From a virus, in IMG/VR virus record IMGVR_UViG_3300016471_000517, positions 32,001 through 96,000 of that record: 64,000 nucleotides of DNA; one strand, 5' to 3'. Below the pieces are notes generated by a model. That model saw nothing but the letters and a program-made list of their open reading frames with translations, was not told the DNA's origin and made no database searches. How positions within the stretch are numbered: position 1 is the stretch's first letter; each line of letters opens with the position of its first letter. The translations under genes and the position numbers were made by a program. Positions 33,993 through 43,101 of the stretch are shown here, in pieces.

Positions 33993-35141
33993 TCAATTAA
34001 AATTTCTTTTCTCGTAAAGTCCAAACAGGTTATCATTGTAGTTATCCGAATGTAAATTTTTACTCATATTATTTGTTATTTCTTCGGAAACAGATTTCCA
34101 TTTTCCACCCTTGCTCTTATAGCATTTTGCAGCCCAAGCATTGGCGTAGGCGGATGGATACACATCAAATTTTTTCTTTGCTTGAGCAATACAAGAACTC
34201 CACTTTGCTGGATCTTTTGGTTTGTTTTTGCCTTCTTGAATACACTCAATATCTTCTTTTAGCATAGCACTGACAGGTTTAGCACTCCATGTCTTGCAGG
34301 CCCAATAACGAGCTTTCCAACGTGGTCCCGGATTGTCGCAGTTGTGTCTAGCTCTAAAGTTTCTACGGCGATCTGGATCGTCTCGCTTGATTTCCATATT
34401 GGGATCACCGAAGTTTACTTTTACAACATTTCCCTTATCATTTTTTACGTAAACTTTATACTTTTTAACATCTCCCCGCATGATTTTGTTGAGCTTTACT
34501 TTTTTACCTTCCGACTCATAAATTTCAATTTTGTCACCATATTCACTGTATGCTGACTCTTCGATATTGTCTAAGAAACCCATGATCGTATCTTCAAAGA
34601 AGTTTTCAACAATCTCATTGCCATCTTCATCACTAAATCTTACTGTGTAAACATTGTCTTCCAAAAGAATTTCATCTACGTTTAGAACTTGTCCAGATTC
34701 ATTTATTACCAAATCACATGGAAGAAGTTCTTGAACTTCAATTGGTTCAAAATTCATTTTAAAAACGTTTGATGCACTTTCTACAATAAAAATATCAAAT
34801 GTTTCTTTTACTTCAGTTACACCAGTTTTTACATATACTGGTTTTTTCCCTTTTCCTTTTACATCGCCTTTTTCAGCTCTACCAGCCTTCTTTTGGGCAG
34901 ATCGTTTTCTTCTTACAAAAGAAGCGATTCCTTCTTTTCCTAGCTTTTTTGCTTTTTGTTTGCTTAAGCAAGCAGAGTATGCTGCACCTTCTTCTGCATC
35001 GCCGCATTTTCCTACTCTTTCACCCTTTGTGTTGTAACGATCCCAACCTGGACCACCGCCAGCAGATTCTTTATTGAACCATTTACCTAGTCCTGATTTT
35101 TCAAATACTTTTTCAAGTAATACTTTTGTACGGGAATTCAT
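33993..35141 (-). CDS. multi-module late protein
   Basis: GLGKWF..GWDRY; KVNFGDP..FRARHNC..ARYWAC; KFDVYPSAYAN modules separated by acidic linkers. Confidence 0.8.
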   Translation of the reverse strand: MNSRTKVLLEKVFEKSGLGKWFNKESAGGGPGWDRYNTKGERVGKCGDAEEGAAYSACLSKQKAKKLGKEGIASFVRRKRSAQKKAGRAEKGDVKGKGKKPVYVKTGVTEVKETFDIFIVESASNVFKMNFEPIEVQELLPCDLVINESGQVLNVDEILLEDNVYTVRFSDEDGNEIVENFFEDTIMGFLDNIEESAYSEYGDKIEIYESEGKKVKLNKIMRGDVKKYKVYVKNDKGNVVKVNFGDPNMEIKRDDPDRRRNFRARHNCDNPGPRWKARYWACKTWSAKPVSAMLKEDIECIQEGKNKPKDPAKWSSCIAQAKKKFDVYPSAYANAWAAKCYKSKGGKWKSVSEEITNNMSKNLHSDNYNDNLFGLYEKRNFN

Positions 35142-37525
35142 TACTTCCAATCCTTATTTTGCTTTTCACCTTTACGGTGTCCATTGTCTGATCTATTTTC
35201 AGATTTGTCTCGGAGGCGTAAGTTATTTATACCATTTGAACCACCGTTTCTTAAAGGTCTTTTATGGTCTACATCTTTTCTCGAACCCTTTTTAACCTTA
35301 CCTTGGCGGATCAAACGTTCTCTGGCAGCAGTTCTTTTTGCTCTTTCTTTTCTTTGTTTTGGTTTGCCATGGTAATTTCTATATTCCATGTCATAATCAC
35401 GTTTATATTCTTCATACATGTGTGAATTAATTTTATTCATCACATAAAGCATCATTTCCGGATTTTGAATAGCTCTTTGATAGGCATTGTTGAATGCTAT
35501 TTTCAATCCATCGTTGCTTTCTAAAAGAATGTTATCTGAATTTAAATATGTTACTTCTTGCGAATCAATTATTTTTGCATTTATCAAAGTATTCAAAACA
35601 AAATTATTTGACAAGGATTCGATCAAAAGATCATTCAACAACAATGATAGATTTTCCGTCATTGTTTCTTTCAAAGACCCTGTCTTTTCTACAGGGATCT
35701 TTACAGTTTTTCCACCAATACGAACATAATTGTATTGAATGGTATTCAAATCTTGTGGAGTGAATCCTGGAAGCAAACTCACACTTATATCAAAATCCAT
35801 ATTTTTAGAGACATAATCTAAAGCTAGTTCTACTGGGTTTATTGAATTTTTTGGTATCAATAGAGACTGTAGTGTTACTTGTTCTTCTGGTTCTACTTGT
35901 TCGACAACTGAAGAAAACTTTTTCATCAATTCTGAAGCTGAATTGGTTTTATTTTCTACATTTCCCCCATTAATTAAATCGGTGGATGGTTTTACCGAGA
36001 TTGTTGCATTTTTTGCAATCTCATCAAAGTAAGCATCTGTCATTGGAAAAATTCCATTTTGTGTAACCAAATGGGTTGGAGAAAAGTCTGGATTCTTGAT
36101 ATTATCACCACGATAAAAAGTTTTCAAAATTGACTTGACAAACACATCAGAAAATTCAGATGGTTTCTTGGAATTGTTTTTAAACAGAGTTGGGGTGGCT
36201 TTTGTTATTTCTTTTTGATAATTTTCAAGAGAAGCAAATTTGTTTAAATTTCCATTTTGATCCAGAACTGGTCCCAAATTCTGTCCAGCATCATTTGTAA
36301 GTTGTGTTGCCTTCAATTGAGCCAACAGTTCTGGATTGTTTTGAATTTGCGATAAAGCACTTCTAGAAATTAAATACTGGCTGAATCCCGAACCATTTTT
36401 TTGTACTGTGTCTACAAATTTAGAAACTTTTGGATCTTGTGAAATGCTTGGTGAGTTGAGTGCTTGCATGATTGCACCAGCAATCATTCCACGGAAACCT
36501 TTACTATTCTGATTAAACTTATCTGTAGTTAAAGAAAATTCTCCGCCAGAAGATATTTTAAATTTATAATTTCCACATTCCATGTCTACGTTTCCTTCTT
36601 CAAACGTAGTCTTGGTTCCATTTTCGATGCTGGTAACTAGATTTTGAATACATTGATCACCAATTTGTGACAAAATCTTCTTGGCTTGTTCGTATGCTTT
36701 TTTTGTAAATTCTAATGCATTTGGTGAAAGAGAAATGAAAGAATCAATTTCTTGTTCGCTCGCGCCAGCTTTAATTTTTGCCAAGAATACCAACGCATTT
36801 AGTACTTGTTGATTATAAGAAGCTGTGGTTAATTGATTGATACCAAACTTTGTTGACAATTTTTCAAATGTCATATCATCAAAGTCTGAGTTTGCAGGTG
36901 GATTTCTCAATCTCTTAAAATATTCTTGACGGACATCAATCGGCATCTGAATCAATTGTTCAGGTGTCATTTGTGTCATCAATTGAAATATTTCTTCTTT
37001 AGAAAGCTTTTTAGCTTTTTTCTCTTCAGAGGGCTTTGCTTCCTCTTCCTCGTCCTCAAATTTTTGTTCTTTTTCTTTTCTAAGTTCTTCGGTAGATTTG
37101 CCTTTTCCTGGTTTCCCTTCTTCAGATTTTTCTTTTTGTCTGATGTTACCAAAAAGAAGTTTAGAGGCTCCAGTTTGTTCAAAGTTTTCATCTTTGGCCA
37201 AAGCATTTGCTTCGCCCATAGAAATTTCTTTGCCCTTACTTATTATTTCATGGTTATTCTTGTTGAAAGAATCTTTAAAAATTAATTGAATCTTACCAGA
37301 CTTGGTTTTGACCGCAATAATTTCTTTTATAAGCTCTTCCTTAGATTTTCTACTTCTAGGAATTTCGCGTGCTCTTTCAGCTCTTTTGCGTGCTGCATCT
37401 TTTGCTTTATCGTCAGCAGAGGAAGATTTAATCTTTTCCTTTTCCATGGCCTCGCCAGTGGTTCTAAAGGAATCTGCTGTAGCACGACTTGCTTCTGTTA
37501 ACTGTAATAGATCTTTAAAGTTCAT
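35141..37525 (-). CDS. large late protein with C-terminal HNH-like domain
   Basis: MNFKDLLQLTE leader; DVDHKRPLRNGGSN..NLR....NRS. Confidence 0.8.
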   Translation of the reverse strand: MNFKDLLQLTEASRATADSFRTTGEAMEKEKIKSSSADDKAKDAARKRAERAREIPRSRKSKEELIKEIIAVKTKSGKIQLIFKDSFNKNNHEIISKGKEISMGEANALAKDENFEQTGASKLLFGNIRQKEKSEEGKPGKGKSTEELRKEKEQKFEDEEEEAKPSEEKKAKKLSKEEIFQLMTQMTPEQLIQMPIDVRQEYFKRLRNPPANSDFDDMTFEKLSTKFGINQLTTASYNQQVLNALVFLAKIKAGASEQEIDSFISLSPNALEFTKKAYEQAKKILSQIGDQCIQNLVTSIENGTKTTFEEGNVDMECGNYKFKISSGGEFSLTTDKFNQNSKGFRGMIAGAIMQALNSPSISQDPKVSKFVDTVQKNGSGFSQYLISRSALSQIQNNPELLAQLKATQLTNDAGQNLGPVLDQNGNLNKFASLENYQKEITKATPTLFKNNSKKPSEFSDVFVKSILKTFYRGDNIKNPDFSPTHLVTQNGIFPMTDAYFDEIAKNATISVKPSTDLINGGNVENKTNSASELMKKFSSVVEQVEPEEQVTLQSLLIPKNSINPVELALDYVSKNMDFDISVSLLPGFTPQDLNTIQYNYVRIGGKTVKIPVEKTGSLKETMTENLSLLLNDLLIESLSNNFVLNTLINAKIIDSQEVTYLNSDNILLESNDGLKIAFNNAYQRAIQNPEMMLYVMNKINSHMYEEYKRDYDMEYRNYHGKPKQRKERAKRTAARERLIRQGKVKKGSRKDVDHKRPLRNGGSNGINNLRLRDKSENRSDNGHRKGEKQNKDWK

Positions 37526-37546
37526 CTCCAATTATTTATCATAATA

Positions 37547-38125
37547 TTAAGGTTCCAACGGATTGTATAATTTTAAATTTCTATAACTTTTTGCCTTTCC
37601 TCTGGCAACTTTATAAAGATTACTTTTGTTTAAATTGTTAATTTTAGCATATTCTGCTATATTTTCTATGTAAAATATCTCTTTTGTTTCCATATTTTGG
37701 AAAGTGGCACCATTATATGTGATGACTTTTGGCTTTTCTTTTTCTTTTACGTCTTCGTATGAACCAACAGTTTCCTTTACCGCTCGAATCTCCACAGCAG
37801 TCCATCCCTTATAAGTCTTTCTTTTTCCATTTAAAAGTTCACAAATTTTTACTGGAGTTAATCCTTGCTGTTTTCCAAAAATTGTCATATTTTCAAAAAA
37901 AGTTTTTTCTCCGGTATCGACTCTTTTTAACCAATATCCGTTTTTTTCTTGTGCTGGAGATTTCCATTTCCAATAACGTCCTTCTTTTGTAAAGAATCCG
38001 CCATGTTCTTTGATAAAAGCATCCCTATTAGAGGATGCTTTCGAGTTATCGTTCATTCTGATCCAAAATTTTGAACCTTTTCTATTTACTTCATCTTCTA
38101 ATGTTTTTAATTCATGAATTTCCAT
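37547..38125 (-). CDS. protein with two NUMOD1/HTH-like DNA-binding repeats
   Basis: EN...F.K..GL....I..L..GKRKTYKGW repeated. Confidence 0.65.
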   Translation of the reverse strand: MEIHELKTLEDEVNRKGSKFWIRMNDNSKASSNRDAFIKEHGGFFTKEGRYWKWKSPAQEKNGYWLKRVDTGEKTFFENMTIFGKQQGLTPVKICELLNGKRKTYKGWTAVEIRAVKETVGSYEDVKEKEKPKVITYNGATFQNMETKEIFYIENIAEYAKINNLNKSNLYKVARGKAKSYRNLKLYNPLEP

Positions 38126-38777
38126 TGCGATATTCCGTAATAATATTTTTTAACTCTCTAACGTAATTAATTGGTCTTCCTTGAAAAACTTGTCTCAAGC
38201 CATCTTCGCATGCTATCATTATAGCAAAATTTTCTACTATAATTCCAGTTCTTTCTTGGAACATTAAAGCATAGGCTGTTGCTTGAGTGAAATAGTTATC
38301 AATATCTTGTTTTCTTTTTTCTTTGGTGCTTGCTTTGAAGTCTATTATTGAAAGTTTTCCATCATATTCTGCTATGCAATCTGTTCTTCCAGCAAGCCCG
38401 AGAGTTTTTGACCAAAGAGGAGTTTCTAATGCTCTTATGTTATCAATTTTATCTAATTCTGGTTTTAGTAAAAGAAAAAGAGCCTTAAAATTTGGAAACA
38501 TATTTTCCAAATCTACTGGCTCATTCTTCAAATAAGATTCAATTATACTATGAAATTTAGTTCCCCTAGAGGTTACCCTTCTGCTTTCTTCGGGATTTTT
38601 TTGTCTCCATTCAGCAAAAAATTTTTGCTTCTTGAAACCTACCACAGTTGTAACACTGGGAAAATCCCCACCGGGGGTAGAATAATGACGTTTTCCGTCT
38701 TTTTCTATTTCCTTAAGTTCGCAGTTTAATTCTACAGGATTATGATTAAATTGTTTAAATTCACACAAGGTCATCAA
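38112..38777 (-). CDS. PD-(D/E)XK exonuclease
   Basis: PSVTTV, RGTKFH, LAGRTDCI, IIDFKAS, Q..AY. Confidence 0.9.
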   Translation of the reverse strand: MMTLCEFKQFNHNPVELNCELKEIEKDGKRHYSTPGGDFPSVTTVVGFKKQKFFAEWRQKNPEESRRVTSRGTKFHSIIESYLKNEPVDLENMFPNFKALFLLLKPELDKIDNIRALETPLWSKTLGLAGRTDCIAEYDGKLSIIDFKASTKEKRKQDIDNYFTQATAYALMFQERTGIIVENFAIMIACEDGLRQVFQGRPINYVRELKNIITEYRNGNS

Positions 38778-38782
38778 TTATA

Positions 38783-39763
38783 TCACTTAATTCGCAAAGA
38801 GGTAGAATATTTTCCTAAGATTCTATCAAGAATTGCATCAATGTCATATGGAATTTCAGATCCAGAAACCTCTTTTGGTTTATCTGGTATTGATGGCAAA
38901 GTAAACGGAGTAAATCCAAATGGTATAGATTTATTTTCTTCTTTTTTGGGTTTTGGGTATGTCTCTGCTTTTGGTAAAGGTTCCGTTAATGGTTCTGGCA
39001 ATGGGCTTGGTCTTGGTAATGGTGCTGGTTCTGGTAATGGGATTGTAGGTTTTATTGGTAATGGTGCTGGTTCTTCTTTTCCTGCAGGTGCTGGTTCTTC
39101 TTTTTCTGAAGGTTTTGGTTCTTCTTTTCCTGAAGGTTTTGGTGCTACGGGAGGTTCAAATGGTTTTTCAGATGGAGCCCCTTCTTCTTTGGGTGGAGCC
39201 CCTTCTTCTTTGGGTGGAGCCCCTTCTTCTTTGGGGAATTTAAAAGGCTCTGGTCCTGTTTCTGGCTCATCTCTTGTTAGTTTTAATTCCCGTGGTTTTT
39301 CTGTAGACACCTCTTCGGGTTTTAATTTTTTTACAACATCCCCCTCAACCGCAACTTCGTCTGGTTTTTTTTCAGGAAATTTGATTGGCCCCTTTTCCTT
39401 CATTGCTGACAATTGTATTTCAACATCATCCGCTGCTTGAAAAATAGTTCTCGTTATTTCTGGATAATCATCAAATTTAAAATCTGGATATTTTTTAAAA
39501 AATTCTAAAACTAGATCTTCACCACGTTTTCCTGTTTTCTGGGCTATAGATAGCATATCTTCTGGCAATTGATCCACTATTTTTCCAATATTAATTTTTA
39601 CTTCAAGTGGATCCAATTTTCCAGATTTAATTAAATCCAAAAGATCACGTAGTATTTTTGCTTTTTGCTCAAGTAAAAAGTTTTTTTTGTTTTCTGACAA
39701 TAATTTATTAATATATCTTTCTTCAAGAAAACAAAATAATATTTTATTTAAAGGTCTAATCAT
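38783..39763 (-). CDS. Pro/Glu/Lys-rich putative virion protein
   Basis: MIRPLNKILFCFLEE leader; KEEGAPP x3. Confidence 0.7.
   Translation of the reverse strand: MIRPLNKILFCFLEERYINKLLSENKKNFLLEQKAKILRDLLDLIKSGKLDPLEVKINIGKIVDQLPEDMLSIAQKTGKRGEDLVLEFFKKYPDFKFDDYPEITRTIFQAADDVEIQLSAMKEKGPIKFPEKKPDEVAVEGDVVKKLKPEEVSTEKPRELKLTRDEPETGPEPFKFPKEEGAPPKEEGAPPKEEGAPSEKPFEPPVAPKPSGKEEPKPSEKEEPAPAGKEEPAPLPIKPTIPLPEPAPLPRPSPLPEPLTEPLPKAETYPKPKKEENKSIPFGFTPFTLPSIPDKPKEVSGSEIPYDIDAILDRILGKYSTSLRIK
39174..39235. repeat. 21-bp tandem repeat x3 (coding)
   Basis: GGAGCCCCTTCTTCTTTGGGT. Confidence 0.85.
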
Positions 39764-39766
39764 TTT

Positions 39767-40549
39767 TTATCTTCCGGGTGGAATATCTGATATATTATAT
39801 TCTTGACTTTTTTTAGCTTTTTCTTCTGATTCTTTCTTTTCTTTTTTCCAATCTTCGTATGCTTGTTTTATTTCTTTCTCTCTTTTTAATGCATAATAAG
39901 CATCTTTTTGTGTTTGAGTCATATCCTTTGTATCAAGATACTCTTCAACTTTTTCTGCACCTTCCATCGCTCCCCAAACTGCAAGAGGACCAAGAGTTAT
40001 AGCTAAATTTAATGGAGTAGTTAATGCAGCCAAACCTTGTGCTCCTCCTGTTGTAAAGGCTGGACCAACTTTTGCTCCTTGTGCTATGAGTTTGGGTGTG
40101 GTTGTTACTAACGGATATGTTAGATCAGTTGCGACGCCAGCTGTAGCCCAACCTCCCCAATATTGACCCCACGGACTTTTTACACCCAAAGATTCCATTG
40201 CTTTCTCTCCGGCTTCTCCGAAAGGTGTAAGATTTGCAATAGCCATCTGTGCACCAAATCTTCCAATATGTGGGACTGCTTTTTTAATAGCAGAAGCTTT
40301 TGATAATTCTTGTATGGGTGATTCAAATGGAATTTTTGGTAATTCGGGAACAACCTCACCTGTAACAGAAACACTCGGTACTGGAGTTCTTGAACCTGGA
40401 ACCGCATTCCATTTTGGATCTGGTTCAATTCTTCCAAGAATATCTTTATCAGATTCAAAACCAGAAGTATCAAAAGGACCTTTTTTGGTAGTCTTTACCA
40501 AAGCTTCCTTTAAAAAATGTTCTAATACTGGATTTAATCTTCTTATCAT
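39767..40549 (-). CDS. putative virion protein with Gly/Ala hydrophobic segments
   Basis: MIRRLNPVLEHFLKE leader. Confidence 0.7.
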   Translation of the reverse strand: MIRRLNPVLEHFLKEALVKTTKKGPFDTSGFESDKDILGRIEPDPKWNAVPGSRTPVPSVSVTGEVVPELPKIPFESPIQELSKASAIKKAVPHIGRFGAQMAIANLTPFGEAGEKAMESLGVKSPWGQYWGGWATAGVATDLTYPLVTTTPKLIAQGAKVGPAFTTGGAQGLAALTTPLNLAITLGPLAVWGAMEGAEKVEEYLDTKDMTQTQKDAYYALKREKEIKQAYEDWKKEKKESEEKAKKSQEYNISDIPPGR

Positions 40550-40550
40550 G

Positions 40551-41324
40551 TTAGACTCTAAAGCTTGATTTTTTCTTTGTATTACCAGTTAATACGGAAA
40601 CTTGTGTTCCATCTGGATTTGTCACGACCTGACTATCTGGCGGAGCATTTCTATCTTTTCTTGGTTTTAAAATATTTCCAGTCAATTTGCTAATTGCTTG
40701 TTCTTTAGTCATTCCTTGATACATACGCTCGTCTGTATCCATAGCTGGTGACGGTGTTAGTTTTGGTTCATTTGGTTCGCTAACTGTTGTCTTTATTCCT
40801 TGTACAACATTAGTTCTTGGAAGTTGACCAAAATTTAAATTCAAAGATCTAAAAGAAGAACTTAAATCTAATGGCGATTGACTAGAAGTAGCTGTGTTTA
40901 ATGTTGATGAAGTGCTATCTGGATTTATAGTTGCTGTTTCAAGTTCATATTGTCCTCTTTTTTTTGAAAGAGTGCTAGAACCGGGTCCCATAGTACCGGA
41001 CATCAATTGTTCATTTAAATTAAAAATATTTGTCGTATAGTTAGCAGAGTTTCCTTTTGAGAAAGGTTTTTCTGCATTCATTCTATCACTGTAATTGTTT
41101 AAAAGATTTGATGTTTTGTCTTTTACTTCGCTACTCATTTTTGAATAGCCCAACAAAGCCTTTCTTTTTTCCATTTCGGAAATTGGTTTGGCAACATTCA
41201 TGACACTTTTTATGTCTTTTAAAAGGTTTGGCTTATTTACAGGCTTTTTAGACTCATTCAAGGTTTTTCCGACAAAGAAATCCTTGACTTCCCAATAAAA
41301 TTGTCTATTTTGTTTATTATCCAT
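40551..41324 (-). CDS. putative virion protein
   Basis: TLNE and NLNE sites; CTAAATA upstream. Confidence 0.7.
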   Translation of the reverse strand: MDNKQNRQFYWEVKDFFVGKTLNESKKPVNKPNLLKDIKSVMNVAKPISEMEKRKALLGYSKMSSEVKDKTSNLLNNYSDRMNAEKPFSKGNSANYTTNIFNLNEQLMSGTMGPGSSTLSKKRGQYELETATINPDSTSSTLNTATSSQSPLDLSSSFRSLNLNFGQLPRTNVVQGIKTTVSEPNEPKLTPSPAMDTDERMYQGMTKEQAISKLTGNILKPRKDRNAPPDSQVVTNPDGTQVSVLTGNTKKKSSFRV

Positions 41325-41364
41325 GGCTGTAAAATATTTAGAATTTCATAAATACTTAAAAGGT

Positions 41365-41862
41365 ATGAAAAAGCAAGTACTCTTGCTCAACCAAGACAAC
41401 ACACCACTCAATATTATCACTGTCGGTAAAGCTTTTAAGTTAATGTCGAATGATAAAGTTTGGGGTGACGAAACTACGACAGAATATTATGAAGTGGCAT
41501 CTGTTTCAAAAATTGTAAAAATACCTAAAATTTTAATCTTAAAATACTATGTAAAATTGCCTTTCAGAAGGGCAGCACCCTCAAGAAAAAACATATTGAG
41601 AAGAGATCAATATGAATGTCAATATTGTGGTGTAGACCTTTGTGATAAGACTGCTACGGTAGATCACATAATTCCAAAATGCAGAGGTGGTGGGTCTACT
41701 TGGGTGAACTTGGTTGCTGCATGCAAAGATTGCAATTTACATAAAGGAAACAGAACACCCAAAGAAGCTAAAATGGATCTTAAAAATAAACCAAAAGAAC
41801 CTTCTTATGGATTCTTTTTTGATCACATGCTAATTACTTTTAGAAAGAAAAAAAATGCCTAA
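41365..41862 (+). CDS. HNH endonuclease (McrA-like)
   Basis: SRKNILRRD...CQYCG, TVDHIIP, NLVAAC..CN..KG. Confidence 0.9.
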   Translation: MKKQVLLLNQDNTPLNIITVGKAFKLMSNDKVWGDETTTEYYEVASVSKIVKIPKILILKYYVKLPFRRAAPSRKNILRRDQYECQYCGVDLCDKTATVDHIIPKCRGGGSTWVNLVAACKDCNLHKGNRTPKEAKMDLKNKPKEPSYGFFFDHMLITFRKKKNA

Positions 41863-42154
41863 TTATTCATTTGTATGTGAATGCTGCAACCACGAATTTG
41901 ATGAAATTTTACCAATGAAAGATTCCGATCTTCCATTGAAAAAACCATGCCCAAAATGCAAAAAGAAAAAAGTTATCAAAAATTGGGGCCAGTATAAGAC
42001 TGGGATTGCTTACGACACCACTTTAACGCCCTCCAAACTGCACGGAAGCGCTTGGGATGAGGTGATGGCCAAGGTTAAGAAGGCCGCTCCTAGGAGCATG
42101 CAAGACCGCCTAGAACAAACCCGTACAATGAACGGTGGAAGATACGTAAGATAA
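41855..42154 (+). CDS. FmdB-family zinc ribbon protein
   Basis: MPNYSFVCECC...CPKC. Confidence 0.85.
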   Translation: MPNYSFVCECCNHEFDEILPMKDSDLPLKKPCPKCKKKKVIKNWGQYKTGIAYDTTLTPSKLHGSAWDEVMAKVKKAAPRSMQDRLEQTRTMNGGRYVR

Positions 42155-42162
42155 ATATTTTT

Positions 42163-42459
42163 ATGGAATACGAAATTCAAAAGGTAATATTTAAAAATTG
42201 CACCGTTTATAATATTTTACACGAATCCAATATTTTGGGTCATGTTATTCAACATGAAAATTCAAATGTTTTGATTCAAAGTGATGAATTGCCAATAATT
42301 CCTTTGGCAGAATCTTTTGGTTTCCAAGGTCATTTTTATCTTGCCACAGAAACTGGTTATGAATCAGTAAATTTGAATTCAACTTCAGAATTTAAACCAA
42401 TTTACGAATTCAAGGTAATTAACCTTGAGAATTACCTTTTGACTGAATCAGAGCTTTAA
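42163..42459 (+). CDS. hypothetical protein
   Basis: ATAAATA just upstream. Confidence 0.6.
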   Translation: MEYEIQKVIFKNCTVYNILHESNILGHVIQHENSNVLIQSDELPIIPLAESFGFQGHFYLATETGYESVNLNSTSEFKPIYEFKVINLENYLLTESEL

Positions 42460-42970
42460 GAATATAAAAGCTATCTACAATATCAGTCACAGGATTAGAT
42501 AGAGTCTTTTGATCAAACGCCAATAACAAATTGGTGTTTGTTTCTTTTGAAAAATACTCATACATCAATGCTTTGTCTGCATTTCCTTTTCCAGTTGCCA
42601 TCTTTTTTGCTTTTGAAGGTTCTATGATTGTTAGTGGAACTGCAGCTTTGTAAAGTTTGTGTTTAAATATTCCCATGTTCTCGGCAAGATTAAAAACTTT
42701 TCCTTTAGAACCAAAAGAATAACCTTCAACTGCAACATCAGACGCACCGACACAAAGATTAATGGCCCAATCAGAAATTGTGTCAAACCTATCAACATCG
42801 GCCACATATTCTTGAAAACTTTCACCGGTTATGTTTGGCAAAATTTTATCTGCGTATTTTTTAGTATTTGTCAGATAATAGAAAAAGCAGTTTTCAAATT
42901 TAAACGGCTTTCTCTCATCATAAAGACAGAGGCATGGGCATGTTATTGAATAATCTACACCTATTAACAT
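42419..42970 (-). CDS. RuvC-like Holliday junction resolvase
   Basis: IGVDYS, VEGYSFGS, KK.ATGKGNADK, DIVDS. Confidence 0.85.
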   Translation of the reverse strand: MLIGVDYSITCPCLCLYDERKPFKFENCFFYYLTNTKKYADKILPNITGESFQEYVADVDRFDTISDWAINLCVGASDVAVEGYSFGSKGKVFNLAENMGIFKHKLYKAAVPLTIIEPSKAKKMATGKGNADKALMYEYFSKETNTNLLLAFDQKTLSNPVTDIVDSFYILKALIQSKGNSQG

Positions 42971-42992
42971 GTGGAACATAGATATTTATGCC

Positions 42993-43087
42993 TTGGCCAG
43001 CGGCGGTGATTCCTGAGCATTACGATGAGCGTTTACTTCGATTGGCCCAAAAGGAATGCGCGGAACAACCCCACCGCCGCTGACTAA
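42993..43087 (-). ncRNA. candidate 95-nt late small RNA (long hairpin)
   Basis: 13-bp GC-rich closing stem starting just after TATAAATA (43091-43098). Confidence 0.55.
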
Positions 43088-43101
43088 AAATATTTATAAA
43101 A

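Noticed and set aside
38742-39440. 232-aa Gly/Ser-rich plus-strand ORF
   Set aside because: Antisense of the Pro/Glu/Lys-rich gene 38783..39763.
42993-43087. SRP RNA, 6S RNA or tRNA
   Set aside because: No SRP GNRA/AGCAG motif or T-loop, and too short for typical 6S; left unassigned.
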